Position numbers and translations under genes: made by a program. A DNA stretch of 64,000 bases from Nitrospirota bacterium. Lineage in GTDB: Bacteria; Nitrospirota; UBA9217. Below the pieces are notes generated by a model. It saw only the letters and a list, made by a program, of their open reading frames with translations, was not told where the DNA came from and made no database searches. Shown piece by piece: positions 63,950-64,000 of the stretch. Numbering within the stretch: position 1 is the first letter of the stretch; each line of letters starts with the position of its first letter. Location: the NCBI GenBank assembly GCA_963818475.1, contig CAWFSF010000006.1, positions 1,056,001 to 1,120,000 on the forward strand, in the 5' to 3' direction.

Positions 63950-64000
63950 GCGGGTGTAGCTCAGCTGGTAGAGCGCGACCTTGCCAAGGTTGAGGTCACG
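63950..64000 (+). tRNA. tRNA-Gly(GCC), truncated by the window end
   Basis: GCGGGTG-TA-GCTC-AGCTGGTA-GAGC D arm, GACC-TTGCCAA-GGT anticodon arm. Confidence 0.93.

Overview
Bacterial chromosomal window with no rRNA, CRISPR, integrase or transposase. Gene content and order suggest an anaerobic Gram-negative of the Desulfobacterota/Nitrospirota type; this lineage call is inference. Left arm (1-24 kb) is GC-rich housekeeping: a partial wza, plsY, pgsA, a lipid A acyltransferase, kdsC-kdsD-kdsA-pyrG-kdsB, UDP-GlcA decarboxylase, ugd, a heptose kinase, a GT9, ferredoxin, tRNA-Leu, accA, the phoH/7TM-HD/ybeY/dgkA operon, cobO, PBP1A, and a HAMP-GGDEF sensor coupled to a lipoprotein. The centre (24-54 kb) is a visibly AT-richer surface-structure island. 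It is headed by a sigma54-driven Geobacter-type split pilin (60-aa PilA-N plus a separately secreted PilA-C). Behind it lie an xap-like ABC/TPR/GT-C/UbiA/Wzm-Wzt block and about 19 glycan-tailoring genes: a eukaryote-type UDP-galactopyranose mutase, a CDP-polyol synthase with a CDP-alcohol phosphotransferase, a synthase-less CMP-ulosonate module, a radical SAM enzyme, four methyltransferases, and a convergent LtaS-family transferase. Right arm (54-64 kb): lipA, lon, hsp20, a selenocysteine Tat-exported formate dehydrogenase (alpha, beta, cytochrome b), htpX and a partial tRNA-Gly. About a dozen conserved genes carry 1-bp indels that look like read or assembly errors rather than pseudogenes. 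All homology calls come from motif recognition and remembered reference sequences; no search was run.
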